This document shows positions 29,569-39,212 of a stretch of DNA of 64,000 bases, in pieces. The stretch is taken from the sequence record OZ035785.1, one strand, 5' to 3'. The DNA comes from Tequatrovirus BCH953P2. Every line of letters begins with the position of its first letter. The stretch's first letter is position 1. The position numbers and the translations under genes were made by a program. A model generated the notes under the pieces. That model had not been told where the DNA came from and did not search any database. It saw nothing but the letters and a program-made list of their open reading frames with translations.

Positions 29569-29756
29569 AAGGAATTTATATAATTAATAAGTTCTTGTTC
29601 TTTATTATCGAATTCTTTAGAAAGTTCTTCGTACTCGTTTGCACTAAAAGGACCGCATTCATTACAAACTTTTTCCAATTCACTATTTTTATCCATAACT
29701 TCGTGGATAAGAGAAAAGAGTTTGTCTTTTTGTTCTTTGCTTAAACTCATAACCAT
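29565..29756 (-). CDS. Small helical protein, family member 6
   Basis: 63 aa, MVMSLSKEQKDKLFSLIHEVMDK...ELINYINSL. Confidence 0.45.
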   Translation of the reverse strand: MVMSLSKEQKDKLFSLIHEVMDKNSELEKVCNECGPFSANEYEELSKEFDNKEQELINYINSL

Positions 29757-29974
29757 GTCACCTTTAAGCAGTATTCTTCTACATGCTGTTTACGACCTTT
29801 CTTATCAATAAAGGTATATTCAACGAATGTTCCAATGTAGTCTTTATCTACATCATGTGGACTATTAATTGGACATTTAGTACGGCAAATGCGTTCCCAT
29901 TGACGAATAATTACTGCTTTATTCTTTGGGTCATATGGATGTGGATAATGTATATTCATAATAACGGTTCCCAA
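29747..29974 (-). CDS. Hypothetical protein
   Basis: 75 aa ORF. Confidence 0.4.
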   Translation of the reverse strand: MGTVIMNIHYPHPYDPKNKAVIIRQWERICRTKCPINSPHDVDKDYIGTFVEYTFIDKKGRKQHVEEYCLKVTWL

Positions 29975-30423
29975 TCAACAATCACAATTTCTAATTTAGA
30001 GGAATACGTATCTAAAATCCCCTCAATAATATCCCAGTTCCCTTTACCTATGCCTGCACCAATCCTAGGCATATAGATTGTAGGTTTAATTAGTTTATTT
30101 TCACCAAACTCATTTAATTCTAACATACAATTCATTAAAGCGGAATACTCAAAATTTGGCCCTGGTTGAAATTGAGTATAAAGATTAAAGCAATACGCTT
30201 TATGAGTCCTAAAGTATTTTTCATAGACTGAGTAAGAACCGAGTTTAGTTACATCACCCCATTCAGTCTGTGATTTATCAGCTTCCAAAATTTTAGGGAA
30301 AGCTTTAGTTAATTGACCTGCGACTCCAGCTTTCATCATGTGAAAACAATTACATCCATGCGCAATATTTTTACCTTCAGTGAAAAGGGCGACAATATCG
30401 CCCTTGATATATTTTACAATCAT
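29956..30423 (-). CDS. Macro-domain-like protein
   Basis: 155 aa; GDIV...NIAHGCNCFHMMKAGVAGQL and PRIGAGIGKGNW resemble the macro-domain motifs GDIT...VNAAN...GGGV.GAI and P.I.TG.YG as seen in E. coli YmdB. Confidence 0.5.
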   Translation of the reverse strand: MIVKYIKGDIVALFTEGKNIAHGCNCFHMMKAGVAGQLTKAFPKILEADKSQTEWGDVTKLGSYSVYEKYFRTHKAYCFNLYTQFQPGPNFEYSALMNCMLELNEFGENKLIKPTIYMPRIGAGIGKGNWDIIEGILDTYSSKLEIVIVDWEPLL

Positions 30424-30767
30424 CTAGTACTCAATCCTCGATTATAAGAATCTACCAAACGGTCAACCATTGAATGACAAGCGGCTTTATCTTTCTCCTC
30501 CGCAACTGAGCATTCTAAGGTATTCCACTTTTTAGCATATCGTTTTAATAATGTATCGTTTTTGTATCTGCTTGATTTATCTCTTTCTCCGTCTTTATAT
30601 GCATATATTAATTTCTGCGCAAATTCAGCTTGGCATGCTTTATTTTTCCCACAATAATCTGCCGCAGTGCGATTTACATATTCTCTAATTTCAGTATATG
30701 ATGTATCTGCTGACGCAGAAGCAGAAAATGAAATTAATCCTATACATAAAACCAAAATTTTAGTCAT
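30420..30767 (-). CDS. Secreted/periplasmic small protein (vs position)
   Basis: 115 aa with N-terminal signal peptide MTKILVLCIGLISFSASASA. Confidence 0.45.
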   Translation of the reverse strand: MTKILVLCIGLISFSASASADTSYTEIREYVNRTAADYCGKNKACQAEFAQKLIYAYKDGERDKSSRYKNDTLLKRYAKKWNTLECSVAEEKDKAACHSMVDRLVDSYNRGLSTR

Positions 30768-31305
30768 TTACTATTTCCAAAAGTTTATTATTTTTAAGGT
30801 AATTAGCCTTTTCTAGGACTTCAGAAGCATATTTAGAACCAGCTTTAACATTCCATCCCGAATTATAAGAGGATATTGCTTTTCTTATATCGCCCTTATG
30901 TATATTTAACCAATAAGAAAGTTCAATGTACGCCCAGGAAGCTGAATTGGATCGTTTATTCAACATTCTTTTTATTTCAGCATCGGTCATATTATAACCA
31001 AGTTCCTTAACTCTCGCTCGCATAGTAGGCAAATAATTTTGGAACATTCCGTAGGCGTGATGCTTTGGTTTAGATTTTAAATTAACTCCGCCAGAGCTTT
31101 CTTGCCATAAAATGGCTGCCATTATATGGCCCAATCCGCTCTTGTGGATGTTTTTGTGTGTTTTATATTTTCCATCCTTAGAAAATTGTTCCCCGAATTG
31201 ATATGCGTAGCGCATGTTATCGAGTTGGACATTACTGAAAGTATGCTCGGAGCTATGTGCCATCATTGAAATGGCCAATAGACCAGCGAGTAGTGCTTTT
31301 CTCAT
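30760..31305 (-). CDS. Periplasmic lytic transglycosylase-like protein
   Basis: 181 aa; signal peptide MRKALLAGLLAISMMAHS; ILWQESSGG...AYGMFQ resembles the SLT catalytic E-S...GLMQ motif. Confidence 0.5.
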   Translation of the reverse strand: MRKALLAGLLAISMMAHSSEHTFSNVQLDNMRYAYQFGEQFSKDGKYKTHKNIHKSGLGHIMAAILWQESSGGVNLKSKPKHHAYGMFQNYLPTMRARVKELGYNMTDAEIKRMLNKRSNSASWAYIELSYWLNIHKGDIRKAISSYNSGWNVKAGSKYASEVLEKANYLKNNKLLEIVND

Positions 31306-31312
31306 GCTTACC

Positions 31313-31774
31313 TCATTGAGTTTTAATTACTGCTTTAGAAGCCTTTCCTGGTAAACGACGACTGTTGATAATTGCCATCCTACATTGAAGCGACGGGTCT
31401 TTGAACTTCGCATTAGGTTTACAAACTGTAAATCCAAGCCAAAGATTTCCATCTGTGATTTCTAAACGTCCAGGGCGATATTCAACCCCATCAATAAAAT
31501 CCTCGTCAATGTCAGGACGCGGAGGCATACTCAGGAATTCATTAACTTCTAAAACATGGTCTTTTATTTTGTGGAATAATTCAAAAACATATGTCTCATC
31601 AATCTCCCGTTGAATTGCACGATCAAGAAGATGCTGAGAATATTTTAGATGAAACGATGAGACCCCTGCTGCTTTTGATGCCTCACGAATCTCATTGTTA
31701 ATTTGACGAAACTCCGACTCAAAGTGACGACGAAGCTTATTTCGACGGATAAAAACTTCTGTGTTGATAGTCAT
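31313..31774 (-). CDS. regB: Endoribonuclease RegB
   Basis: 153 aa matching remembered T4 RegB (MTINTEVFIRRNKLRRHFESEFRQINNEIREASKAAG). Confidence 0.85.
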   Translation of the reverse strand: MTINTEVFIRRNKLRRHFESEFRQINNEIREASKAAGVSSFHLKYSQHLLDRAIQREIDETYVFELFHKIKDHVLEVNEFLSMPPRPDIDEDFIDGVEYRPGRLEITDGNLWLGFTVCKPNAKFKDPSLQCRMAIINSRRLPGKASKAVIKTQ

Positions 31775-31801
31775 GTTATTCTCCTCTTAACTGATAGAAA
31801 A

Positions 31802-31831
31802 ATTATACCACAGTCAAGAGGAAAAGTAAAC
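31802..31831 (-). promoter_or_regulatory. Early sigma70-type promoter upstream of regB
   Basis: Minus-strand GTTTAC-N18-TATAAT about 28 nt upstream of the regB start. Confidence 0.55.
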
Positions 31832-31833
31832 AG

Positions 31834-32154
31834 TTATTCTTTAAATCTAATCAATTTATTCATAGACTTTGTAACTTCTGCACGAACCTCATGTAGATTT
31901 TTGAGCTGTTCAAGACGCTGCTCATAGTAAGCAATTTCATCTTCTTCGAGACAGTCCTGTGAATCTTCTTTAAGATAACGTGCATAGTCCTGGAAAGCGT
32001 TACGAACTACTTCCTGAAAGTCATCAAGACTTTGAATTTTCTTAGGAGCAACAGATACACGACGAGGGGCAGTATAATACTCATAACCAAACCCTGCGCT
32101 TAATTGAGCCATTAATATTTTTCCTCTGGTTGGAACACAGCACGACAAGCCCAC
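31834..32154 (-). CDS. Hypothetical protein (vs.3 position)
   Basis: 106 aa ORF. Confidence 0.4.
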   Translation of the reverse strand: MGLSCCVPTRGKILMAQLSAGFGYEYYTAPRRVSVAPKKIQSLDDFQEVVRNAFQDYARYLKEDSQDCLEEDEIAYYEQRLEQLKNLHEVRAEVTKSMNKLIRFKE

Positions 32155-32414
32155 ATACTGGCTTCTTTGAGTTTCGTTTTAGCAATAGTTAACTGATCGA
32201 GGCTTTCGGCATAATTCTTCGCGAATTCACAGTCTTCACAATTATCTAGTGCTTCCCAGAATTCATCGTATAAAGCATCAAAGATAAGTCCTAAACGAAC
32301 TTCAGCGTCTTTGATGGCATTCACTTTACCGATTTTCTTTTCAGTATGCGGCTTATAACCCTTAATATCTTCAATCATATTTGACTTCCTCACCAGTACA
32401 TAAATCATATTCAA
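32112..32414 (-). CDS. Hypothetical protein (vs.4 position; candidate Acb2-like cyclic-oligonucleotide sponge by position only)
   Basis: 100 aa ORF, third gene upstream of regB; assignment rests on synteny, not on a recognised motif; start uncertain. Confidence 0.35.
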   Translation of the reverse strand: MNMIYVLVRKSNMIEDIKGYKPHTEKKIGKVNAIKDAEVRLGLIFDALYDEFWEALDNCEDCEFAKNYAESLDQLTIAKTKLKEASMWACRAVFQPEEKY

Positions 32415-32592
32415 CTAAACGAATAGGTTCATGAATGCCATATCCCTGAACAGAAATTTCTGTAGTAGGATAAATTCCATCAATATCACCCATGTTCCAT
32501 GCTTCGTTAAATTGCTGTTCGCCTGAATTACTAAACCATTCGGCAAAAGCATTTAGCACATCTTCAGAACCTTCAATAATTATCTTTGCCAT
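32371..32592 (-). CDS. Hypothetical protein (vs.5 position)
   Basis: 73 aa ORF. Confidence 0.4.
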   Translation of the reverse strand: MAKIIIEGSEDVLNAFAEWFSNSGEQQFNEAWNMGDIDGIYPTTEISVQGYGIHEPIRLVEYDLCTGEEVKYD

Positions 32593-32954
32593 TACAAACT
32601 CTCGGTAAAGGTACGAGCGATAACATCGCGCTGCTGTTCCGGAGTCAGAGAGTTAAAGCGAACTGCATAACCTGATACACGGATGGTCAGCTGCGGATAT
32701 TTTTCCGGATGCTTAACTGCATCTTCCAGAGTTTCACGACGCAGAACGTTAACGTTCAGGTGTTGACCACCTTCAATTTTAACTGTAGGCTGTTGCTCAA
32801 TTTCAATTTCACGGGCATGCAAACCGTAGAAAATTTCTGGGTCTACAAAAGAGTCCTCTTTAAAGGTTTTAGAGACAATAATTCGTGCTTGAATACCATC
32901 TTCAAAATAAATAGTACCTTTATGTGTGCCTTCAAGAATTTGATATGCTTTCAT
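32592..32954 (-). CDS. Autonomous glycyl-radical cofactor (GrcA/YfiD-like)
   Basis: 120 aa; C-terminal ~60 residues ([60 protein letters not shown]) match the remembered E. coli GrcA C-terminus including the radical glycine in RVSGYAV. Confidence 0.8.
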   Translation of the reverse strand: MKAYQILEGTHKGTIYFEDGIQARIIVSKTFKEDSFVDPEIFYGLHAREIEIEQQPTVKIEGGQHLNVNVLRRETLEDAVKHPEKYPQLTIRVSGYAVRFNSLTPEQQRDVIARTFTESL

Positions 32955-32961
32955 ATAAACC

Positions 32962-33342
32962 TCAATTAGAAAATAAATTTATCCAAGATTGTTCTTTAAT
33001 TAAAAATGGCTCAGAATCATATGCCATTAAACTCTGTGTGATTAGTCCTTTAAAAGGCCCATCAATAAATTCCATGGTAAAATATGGAATTTTATTCATT
33101 AGCCGTGCATTAGGAGCAGTACATAAAACTCTGCATCCTTTGAATACACCCTTTTGTAATTTGTATTGCTTGGGATAAAATTCGCTCAAAATGTTATTAT
33201 TCGCTAAAATTTCAAAATGATTCACCAATTTATTTTTAATAGTTTTTGGTGAAAAATAGAGATATTCGAAAAGCTGTGCGTCTGTCATCATTGCATTCCG
33301 ATTACGAAAAACTGTGGACGAGTAATACCACCAATGCAACAT
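32962..33342 (-). CDS. Hypothetical protein (vs.7 position)
   Basis: 126 aa ORF. Confidence 0.4.
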   Translation of the reverse strand: MLHWWYYSSTVFRNRNAMMTDAQLFEYLYFSPKTIKNKLVNHFEILANNNILSEFYPKQYKLQKGVFKGCRVLCTAPNARLMNKIPYFTMEFIDGPFKGLITQSLMAYDSEPFLIKEQSWINLFSN

Positions 33343-33827
33343 TTACTATTGCAACAGTACTGTACAGTGTCAATATGAGCATCATAAATCTTATCCATAT
33401 CAGGAGATTTGACAGGCTCATCAATTATATACAAAATTCGCGAAAGCGATAAACCTCTGAACTTGCTTCCTTTATTACCAATAAAACTGCGCACAGAATC
33501 AGTAAATAAACGAAAACGTATATCATCATTAGAATAACGCGAAAATTCCTTTTTAATGTTATTTGCAGAAATTTTAGCGTAAGCTGAAGTATTAGAAAGA
33601 ACAATAACTGTTCCACCGTCATACAACCAATTAGCGGCAAAATTAGTTACTGCAGTTGATTTACCGGATTGACGTCCACCATCTAGTCGAAGTGTGCAAT
33701 ACTGCTTAAGTAAGTCTTCAAATGGTGGGATATAATCGTTTTTACAAATTTCTTCTACTCTAGCGTCAGAATGGTGTGTAAAAGCATTCATCAGGGATAG
33801 ATAAGGACCAGTTAAAAATGTTCTCAT
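33288..33827 (-). CDS. P-loop NTPase-like protein
   Basis: 179 aa; Walker A GGRQSGKST and Walker B-like ILYIIDEP. Confidence 0.45.
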   Translation of the reverse strand: MRTFLTGPYLSLMNAFTHHSDARVEEICKNDYIPPFEDLLKQYCTLRLDGGRQSGKSTAVTNFAANWLYDGGTVIVLSNTSAYAKISANNIKKEFSRYSNDDIRFRLFTDSVRSFIGNKGSKFRGLSLSRILYIIDEPVKSPDMDKIYDAHIDTVQYCCNSKCCIGGITRPQFFVIGMQ

Positions 33828-33981
33828 TTTTGTTCTCTCTAGGTTTGGGCCATTCCATGGCGCATGAATTGTCCATTTCTGTATTTACCCATTACCGCAC
33901 TTGGGCTCGACCTTATTACAGGTTGGCGGGAATCCCTCACAGAATCATGAGGTCCAGCTTGTTCCCATATTTCTTATTTGC

Positions 33982-34455
33982 TTATTTGAATGATTTAACG
34001 TACTGAATAGAACCTTTACTATTCACAAAGGCAATTTTACCATTTTTGTTATACATGGTAGCAGTACGCTGATAGCCATAAGTTTGTTTACCAGATTGAT
34101 AACCAACTAATGCAAAATTATCTTCACCCATTTTATTCTGTTTAGCGCGAATGCGTTCATGGCCATGTGCCATAAGAACCTTAGCATCACCAGTTGCAAT
34201 GGATCTACGAGTTTTTTCATCTTCAACTGTATTAACAAAGTCGTCAAATGAATCAAATTTAGCATGAGATTTATTATACAGTTTTCCATCTACTGCATAA
34301 TTATATCCCTGTACATCCATCTCAACTTCTGTACCATCATCCAATACAGCAGTGATTTTTTGACCTTTTTTAAATTTCAAAAGATCAGTAAAAGATTCAG
34401 CAATAATTTGAGAATTAATAGCTGCTTCAGTGATAAATTCTTGATATGTTTTCAT
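33982..34455 (-). CDS. Internal (head-packaged) protein with capsid-targeting N-terminus
   Basis: 157 aa beginning MKTYQEFITEA, the conserved T4 internal-protein targeting sequence ending in Glu-Ala. Confidence 0.65.
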   Translation of the reverse strand: MKTYQEFITEAAINSQIIAESFTDLLKFKKGQKITAVLDDGTEVEMDVQGYNYAVDGKLYNKSHAKFDSFDDFVNTVEDEKTRRSIATGDAKVLMAHGHERIRAKQNKMGEDNFALVGYQSGKQTYGYQRTATMYNKNGKIAFVNSKGSIQYVKSFK

Positions 34456-34464
34456 ATGTTTCCT

Positions 34465-34881
34465 TTAAATGTAAATATTTTTACCGTAATACTTATACCA
34501 ATGTGGTTTCATTAAAATTTTTTCATCAAGTCGTTGTTGACTCAATTTAATAGCTGATTTGCATGGATTATAATCATTTTTCCATTCTACTGGAATATCG
34601 CTGATGTCAGGAACTTCAGTATCTTTTATACTGAACCCTCGTTTTAAGCATTCCGTTATAATGTCCGATTGACGCTTTCGCAAAAATTCTAACTTATCGT
34701 AAAAGAAAGTAACATGACCAGAACCTAAAATAAATTTAGAAGATATTTTAAAATCTTTAACGCGCTTACCATTTGCCACATGCTTACGAACTATACCAAA
34801 AACACGTGGCAATTCACGATATTCTGCGATTAAATGTTGATCAGCAAGTTCAGATACTAAAGTCAAATTAATACGAGTCAT
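34465..34881 (-). CDS. denV: Endonuclease V (pyrimidine-dimer DNA glycosylase)
   Basis: 138 aa matching remembered T4 endo V ([28 protein letters not shown]). Confidence 0.9.
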   Translation of the reverse strand: MTRINLTLVSELADQHLIAEYRELPRVFGIVRKHVANGKRVKDFKISSKFILGSGHVTFFYDKLEFLRKRQSDIITECLKRGFSIKDTEVPDISDIPVEWKNDYNPCKSAIKLSQQRLDEKILMKPHWYKYYGKNIYI

Positions 34882-34906
34882 TTTATCCCTCCAAGTAACT
34901 GTGAAT

Positions 34907-34936
34907 ATACTATCACAATTCTAGGAGAAAGTAAAC
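34907..34936 (-). promoter_or_regulatory. Early sigma70-type promoter upstream of denV
   Basis: Minus-strand GTTTAC-N18-TAGTAT about 25 nt upstream of the denV start. Confidence 0.5.
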
Positions 34937-34940
34937 AACT

Positions 34941-35910
<970 letters not shown>

Positions 35911-35914
<4 letters not shown>

Positions 35915-36273
35915 TTTAATTTCCTGCAATCACTCACAAACTCTTTCATTGATTCATTTTCAATATAAGACATGTAGCTATTATATTCTTTTAATTGTAT
36001 TTTGTAATCCTTTTTTCTTTGCCAATTTATTTTAAAATTATCATAATGAAAATATAACATGGTACCAAAGAATGAAAATAATGAAATAATTTTAGTATAG
36101 TGAAGTTCACTCCAAACTTCTGTTATATTTACTGTGCCGTCGATGTTTAAAATAAGACAGTCAATTAACAATCCAAAAAGACTACCCGCAAGAGCTGCAG
36201 CCAACGCCACAGCAAAAATTAAAAATGACTCAGGAAGAGAATATTTGACTTTATTTAGTTTTGGCTTTTGCAT
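35911..36273 (-). CDS. Membrane protein, tandem paralogue 1
   Basis: 120 aa, two hydrophobic segments, C-terminus MKEFVSDCRKLK. Confidence 0.45.
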
Positions 36274-36647
36274 CGTGATTCCTTAACAAATTTCATAATT
36301 TCATCAAATTCGTATGCAGCAAGTTTAAGCTGGTGTTCCTTTTTAATCTTTTTACACTGTGCTTTCCAATCACGTACGCGTTTACGATAATGTCTTCCTT
36401 GATACCAGTATCCTACCCAATTTACCGGTACTAATAAAAGTGGAACTACCAATGGAAGAATTAGCATTAACACAAGTATTTCGCCAGAATCAATATCAGT
36501 CATAACATCTAAAACACCTCCAATAATCAATAGAATTACAAATGATATAAGTATAACAGGACCTATTAATACATCGGTAGAAATTATCTGGTGCTTTGAT
36601 TCATACTTCAAAGGTTTACTTGGAAGGTATAGTGATGGTTTTGACAT
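36255..36647 (-). CDS. Membrane protein, tandem paralogue 2
   Basis: Start set at MSKPSLYL; two hydrophobic segments, C-terminus IMKFVKESRCKSQN. Confidence 0.45.
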   Translation of the reverse strand: MSKPSLYLPSKPLKYESKHQIISTDVLIGPVILISFVILLIIGGVLDVMTDIDSGEILVLMLILPLVVPLLLVPVNWVGYWYQGRHYRKRVRDWKAQCKKIKKEHQLKLAAYEFDEIMKFVKESRCKSQN

Positions 36648-37227
36648 ATTCTCTACATTCCTTAACAAATTTTTCTAATAATAAATCGCTTTCAAAATTG
36701 GGGTTTTCTACGAATTTATCAAAAAGATCATCAACAATAGTTAAGATATTCTTTTTACTAAGAATACGTTTATTTTCATGCTTCGTTTCAGAATCAACTA
36801 TAAGAGTAAAGAAATATTTCTTTCCCTGAAATTTTACTGTAGTATCAATATAGAATAAATTTGACTTTTGTAAGTTACGTTTAAACCATGCGTCACTTAA
36901 ACTATAAACACCGAGATAATCAAAATCGTCGTTTAAATAACATACTGTCCATTCAGGAGAAATGAAATCAGTAAATTCAACATCAAAATCACACGTCAAT
37001 GAATGAATTGATTCAATACTGTTAATAAGTATTCCAGGACGTATTAAAGACTTTTTACCTCTAGAAAATCTTCCAAAAAGACTTTCATCAGTTTCATATG
37101 AAGAACCCCAATAATAATTACGTCCTTCTGCCATACGTTTAAGAGCATTTAATAATTGGTCTGGAACATCAACTTGTCTTTGGAATTCTTCAAACATTGA
37201 ATTGAAATCAATTTGCATTCTTCTCAT
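36616..37227 (-). CDS. Hypothetical protein
   Basis: 203 aa ORF. Confidence 0.45.
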   Translation of the reverse strand: MRRMQIDFNSMFEEFQRQVDVPDQLLNALKRMAEGRNYYWGSSYETDESLFGRFSRGKKSLIRPGILINSIESIHSLTCDFDVEFTDFISPEWTVCYLNDDFDYLGVYSLSDAWFKRNLQKSNLFYIDTTVKFQGKKYFFTLIVDSETKHENKRILSKKNILTIVDDLFDKFVENPNFESDLLLEKFVKECREYVKTITIPSK

Positions 37228-37268
37228 TCCTATTTACTCCAAGTAATAGGGGCCGAAGCCCCTTATCA

Positions 37269-37862
37269 TTATTTCAGAGAATTAATATATTCCTGAACAT
37301 CGGCAGAGGTAGTTTCAACCCCAGAAATATTACCGTTAAAGGTTTCAACTCGAGCAAGAGTATCTTCAATATCAACCTTAGTCAGCGCTGCAATTTCAAC
37401 TACATCATCGGCAGTACTAATTCCAAGGGCATTTGCTGCACGAGTTTCACGGATATATTCCAATTTAACTGCAAGTTCTTGGCGAGCATCATCCAATTCA
37501 ACTACTTTCTTGGCGATTTCAATTCGCATTTCAGCATAACCATCAGCTTTAGTAGTCAACTGTTCAGCTGTTCGACGATATAGCAAACCGAGTTTAGCAT
37601 GCATTGTTACATCTTGACCTTCAGAAAGAAGCTTGCGAATTTCACGCTCTTTTGATTCGGCCTGCTTATTCTTTTCAATAACAAGTTCACGAATACGTTT
37701 TTCTTCATTAATAGATTTAACAGAAGCAGTTTTTAGGTCTTTAATTTTATCAAGCAGTTTTGCTGCTGCGGCAGTATACTGTTCTTCAACAGATAGATTT
37801 TTAGCCATAGCAGAACCAAGTTTAGTGCGAATAAACTCAACAATTTTCTTCAGTGTGTTCAT
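37269..37862 (-). CDS. Coiled-coil protein
   Basis: 197 aa, extended charged helical sequence; hairpin GGGGCCGAAGCCCC just downstream. Confidence 0.45.
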   Translation of the reverse strand: MNTLKKIVEFIRTKLGSAMAKNLSVEEQYTAAAAKLLDKIKDLKTASVKSINEEKRIRELVIEKNKQAESKEREIRKLLSEGQDVTMHAKLGLLYRRTAEQLTTKADGYAEMRIEIAKKVVELDDARQELAVKLEYIRETRAANALGISTADDVVEIAALTKVDIEDTLARVETFNGNISGVETTSADVQEYINSLK

Positions 37863-38152
37863 AGTATTTCCTTTAGTTAATTAAGGGTTTTATAATCCGT
37901 GGGAGTATTATACTCCGGATAGTTTGTAAACTATTTCAACATCGCCTTTTGCTGCTTTATAACCTTCAGCCCAAGATACAACCGAGTTTTTATCCGAAGA
38001 TTCAAATTCTGGCATTGGGCTTTCGCCAATGTTCACGCAGTATGTTTCTTCATTTTCGTCGAACCAAATAATTAAAGTAGTCATTTATTTCTCCGTTTCT
38101 GTATTTGTTTTGATAAGTCTATAATAACACCGTCCTTGGTGTTTGTACACAA

Positions 38153-38428
38153 TTATTTCATATTATTGAAATATTCTTCTGCGATTTCGTCGTTATCATG
38201 GTAAACTTTAGAAGACAGTTTAACATAACTTTCAGCAGTGAACATGTTAATCACAACCTTTACAGTATACCACTGACCATCTTCATTACCCATTACTGCG
38301 TAAGTTTCAAACATCGGATGATCAGGACCGATAACTTTAATATCATTCACTGTACGACCGAAATCTTCTGAAACACATTTCATAAAGAAGTTGAACAGTT
38401 CGCCGTAATTATCCATTTCATTCTCCAA
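38153..38428 (-). CDS. Hypothetical protein
   Basis: 91 aa ORF downstream of an early-promoter-like motif at 38462-38491. Confidence 0.45.
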   Translation of the reverse strand: MENEMDNYGELFNFFMKCVSEDFGRTVNDIKVIGPDHPMFETYAVMGNEDGQWYTVKVVINMFTAESYVKLSSKVYHDNDEIAEEYFNNMK

Positions 38429-38461
38429 ATTGTTTTCTGTATCAGTAGTTGATAGTTGTAT

Positions 38462-38491
38462 AGTACCATGGAAGAACAGGGATGTAAACAG
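38462..38491 (-). promoter_or_regulatory. Early sigma70-type promoter
   Basis: Minus-strand GTTTAC-N18-TACTAT upstream of the 38153..38428 ORF. Confidence 0.5.
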
Positions 38492-38622
38492 TTTTGTGAA
38501 AAAATTTTTTAAAAAGTTTTAGGGAATTCTAGGGTCAGGAGGGACAATTAAAAGGTAGGATAATATATTATAAAGGGTATAAACTAAATGATGCCCAGAG
38601 AGGCCCGGAAAGGCCTAGATAC

Positions 38623-38655
38623 CAAAAAGCCCCAACCTTTCGGCTGGGGCTAAGA
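38623..38655 (-). terminator. Terminator hairpin (repeat copy 1) after the internal-protein-like gene
   Basis: AGCCCCAACC-TTTC-GGCTGGGGCT with minus-strand T5 tail. Confidence 0.6.
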
Positions 38656-38658
38656 ATG

Positions 38659-39132
38659 TTATTTGATTTGTTTAGCAGACCAAATGCGGTCTTTAATAAT
38701 TTTTTGGATGTCTTCAACATATTCAAGAGAGTGAACATGTGGGTTATCTTTGAAACTATAAGCACGAGCTAGCTTTTGGCCTTCAGTTTTGATTATCAAA
38801 AGTTCTTTAAGAATTGCTTCATACCTAGAGATAATTCCTTTAGCAATATTTTTTTCTTGTGCTGCTTTAGGATCAGCCTTAGGAGCAGGTTTACCTGAAG
38901 CCTTTGCAAAAGCAGCTCCAGTAGCAACTAAACTTTTCCAAGCCATACTAACTGCATTCCCTGTAAATCCTTCGGCTTTCATATCACGAGCAAATTGGAA
39001 TCGTGATTCATCGGAAGCATCTTTATAGGAATATTTACCCGCGGCAATGGCAGCTTTTGCAACAGCTTGAATTTCAGTGCTAGATGCTTCATTTAACACC
39101 GCTTCATTTAAAAATTGAGCATATGATTTCAT
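38659..39132 (-). CDS. Internal-protein-like protein with capsid-targeting N-terminus
   Basis: 157 aa beginning MKSYAQFLNEA; late promoter TATAAATA (plus 39169-39176) upstream; bracketed by two near-identical terminator hairpins. Confidence 0.55.
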   Translation of the reverse strand: MKSYAQFLNEAVLNEASSTEIQAVAKAAIAAGKYSYKDASDESRFQFARDMKAEGFTGNAVSMAWKSLVATGAAFAKASGKPAPKADPKAAQEKNIAKGIISRYEAILKELLIIKTEGQKLARAYSFKDNPHVHSLEYVEDIQKIIKDRIWSAKQIK

Positions 39133-39168
39133 CTTATTTCCTGTTTTAATTCGTGGTTTTAATATACT

Positions 39169-39176
39169 TATTTATA
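39169..39176 (-). promoter_or_regulatory. Late promoter for the internal-protein-like gene
   Basis: Plus-strand TATTTATA 37 nt upstream of the 38659..39132 start, immediately after a terminator hairpin. Confidence 0.55.
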
Positions 39177-39179
39177 CTA

Positions 39180-39212
39180 AAAAGCCCCAACCTTTCGGTC
39201 GGGGCTAAGCCT
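39180..39212 (-). terminator. Terminator hairpin (repeat copy 2) closing the tRNA/stable-RNA transcription unit
   Basis: AGCCCCAACC-TTTC-GGTCGGGGCT with minus-strand T tract; near-identical to the copy at 38623-38655. Confidence 0.6.

Noticed and set aside
37907-37931. Possible early promoter GTTTAC...TATAAT at 37907-37931
   Set aside because: Spacer between the hexamers is only about 13 nt, too short for a sigma70-type promoter.
38568-38765. ORF 38568..38765 (-)
   Set aside because: Runs through the terminator hairpin and overlaps the 3-prime end of the internal-protein-like gene in another frame.
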